A stretch of DNA of 63,197 nt, filler included, from Octopus bimaculoides (taxonomy: Eukaryota): assembly GCF_001194135.2 (NCBI RefSeq). It is 5 parts of 4 records of this genome, joined end to end, with 100 filler letters (N's around TTAATTAATTAA, not from the genome) between each part and the next. Parts side by side here need not be neighbours in the genome. Positions count along the whole stretch, not along the records: positions 61,214 to 63,197 come from NC_068983.1; 4 more parts are not named here. The stretch is one strand, 5' to 3'. The position numbers and the translations under genes are program-made. This document shows positions 62,865 through 63,197 of the stretch, piece by piece. A model generated the notes under the pieces. That model worked only from the letters and a program-made list of their open reading frames with translations, made no database searches and had not been told where the DNA came from. The first letter of the stretch is position 1. Each line of letters opens with the position of its first letter.

Positions 62865-63197
62865 GGAGGCGCAATGGCCCAGTGGTTAGGGCAGCAGACT
62901 CGCGGTCATAGGATCGCGGTTTCGATTCACAGACCGGGCGTTGTGAATGTTTATTGAGCGAAAACACCTAAAGCTCCACGAGGCTCCGGCAGGGGATGGT
63001 GGTGAACCCTACTGTACTCCTTCACCACAACTTTCTCTCGCTCTTTCTTTCTGTTTCTGTTGTGCCTGTAATTCAAAGGGTCAGCCTTGTCACACTGTGT
63101 CACGCTGAATATCCCCGAGGAACTACGTTAAGGGTACACGTGTCTGTGGAGTGCTCAGCCACTTGCACGTTAATTTCACGAGAAGGCTGTTCCGTTG
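62865..63197 (+). mobile_element. tRNA-derived SINE (family D), runs off the window end
   Basis: GGCGCAATGGCCCAGTGGTTAGGGC A-box and GGTTTCGATTC B-box. Its 3' domain is shared with 39620-39870 and 16540-16690. Confidence 0.8.

Overview
This is AT-rich, repeat-dense eukaryotic DNA with many gaps. It is inferred to be octopus, from the SINE families, microsatellite load and gene content. Two multi-exon genes could be assembled by hand from splice signals and reading phase, and they are transcribed head-to-head. (1) A secreted GH18 chitinase on the minus strand: ATG 47567, 10 visible exons, intact DxxDxDxE motif, a GC-AG intron, a 29-nt linker micro-exon and a CBM14 exon; part of exon 6 lies in a gap and the 3' end is not visible. 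(2) A complete 6-exon, 278-aa extracellular Cu/Zn superoxide dismutase on the plus strand (53740-60132), with all 7 metal ligands, an N-terminal coiled coil, a His-rich insert, a shortened electrostatic loop and an acidic tail. The rest is transposons and simple repeats: tRNA-derived SINEs, L1/Tx1, RTE, R4/Dong, Penelope, mariner, hAT and Tc1 MITEs. The most interesting unannotated signal is a set of minimal Penelope-type hammerhead-ribozyme motifs. One sits in a tRNA-headed SINE-like element (8770-9115), and a decayed Penelope GIY-YIG ORF lies in the same window. Also notable are an RTE LINE with a twin-priming-type 5' inversion and an orphan exon (4020-4165). Almost all long ORFs in the supplied track are microsatellite or N-gap artefacts. 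The four N44-TTAATTAATTAA-N44 blocks are assembly spacers. No database search or folding program was run; family names rest on recognised motifs.
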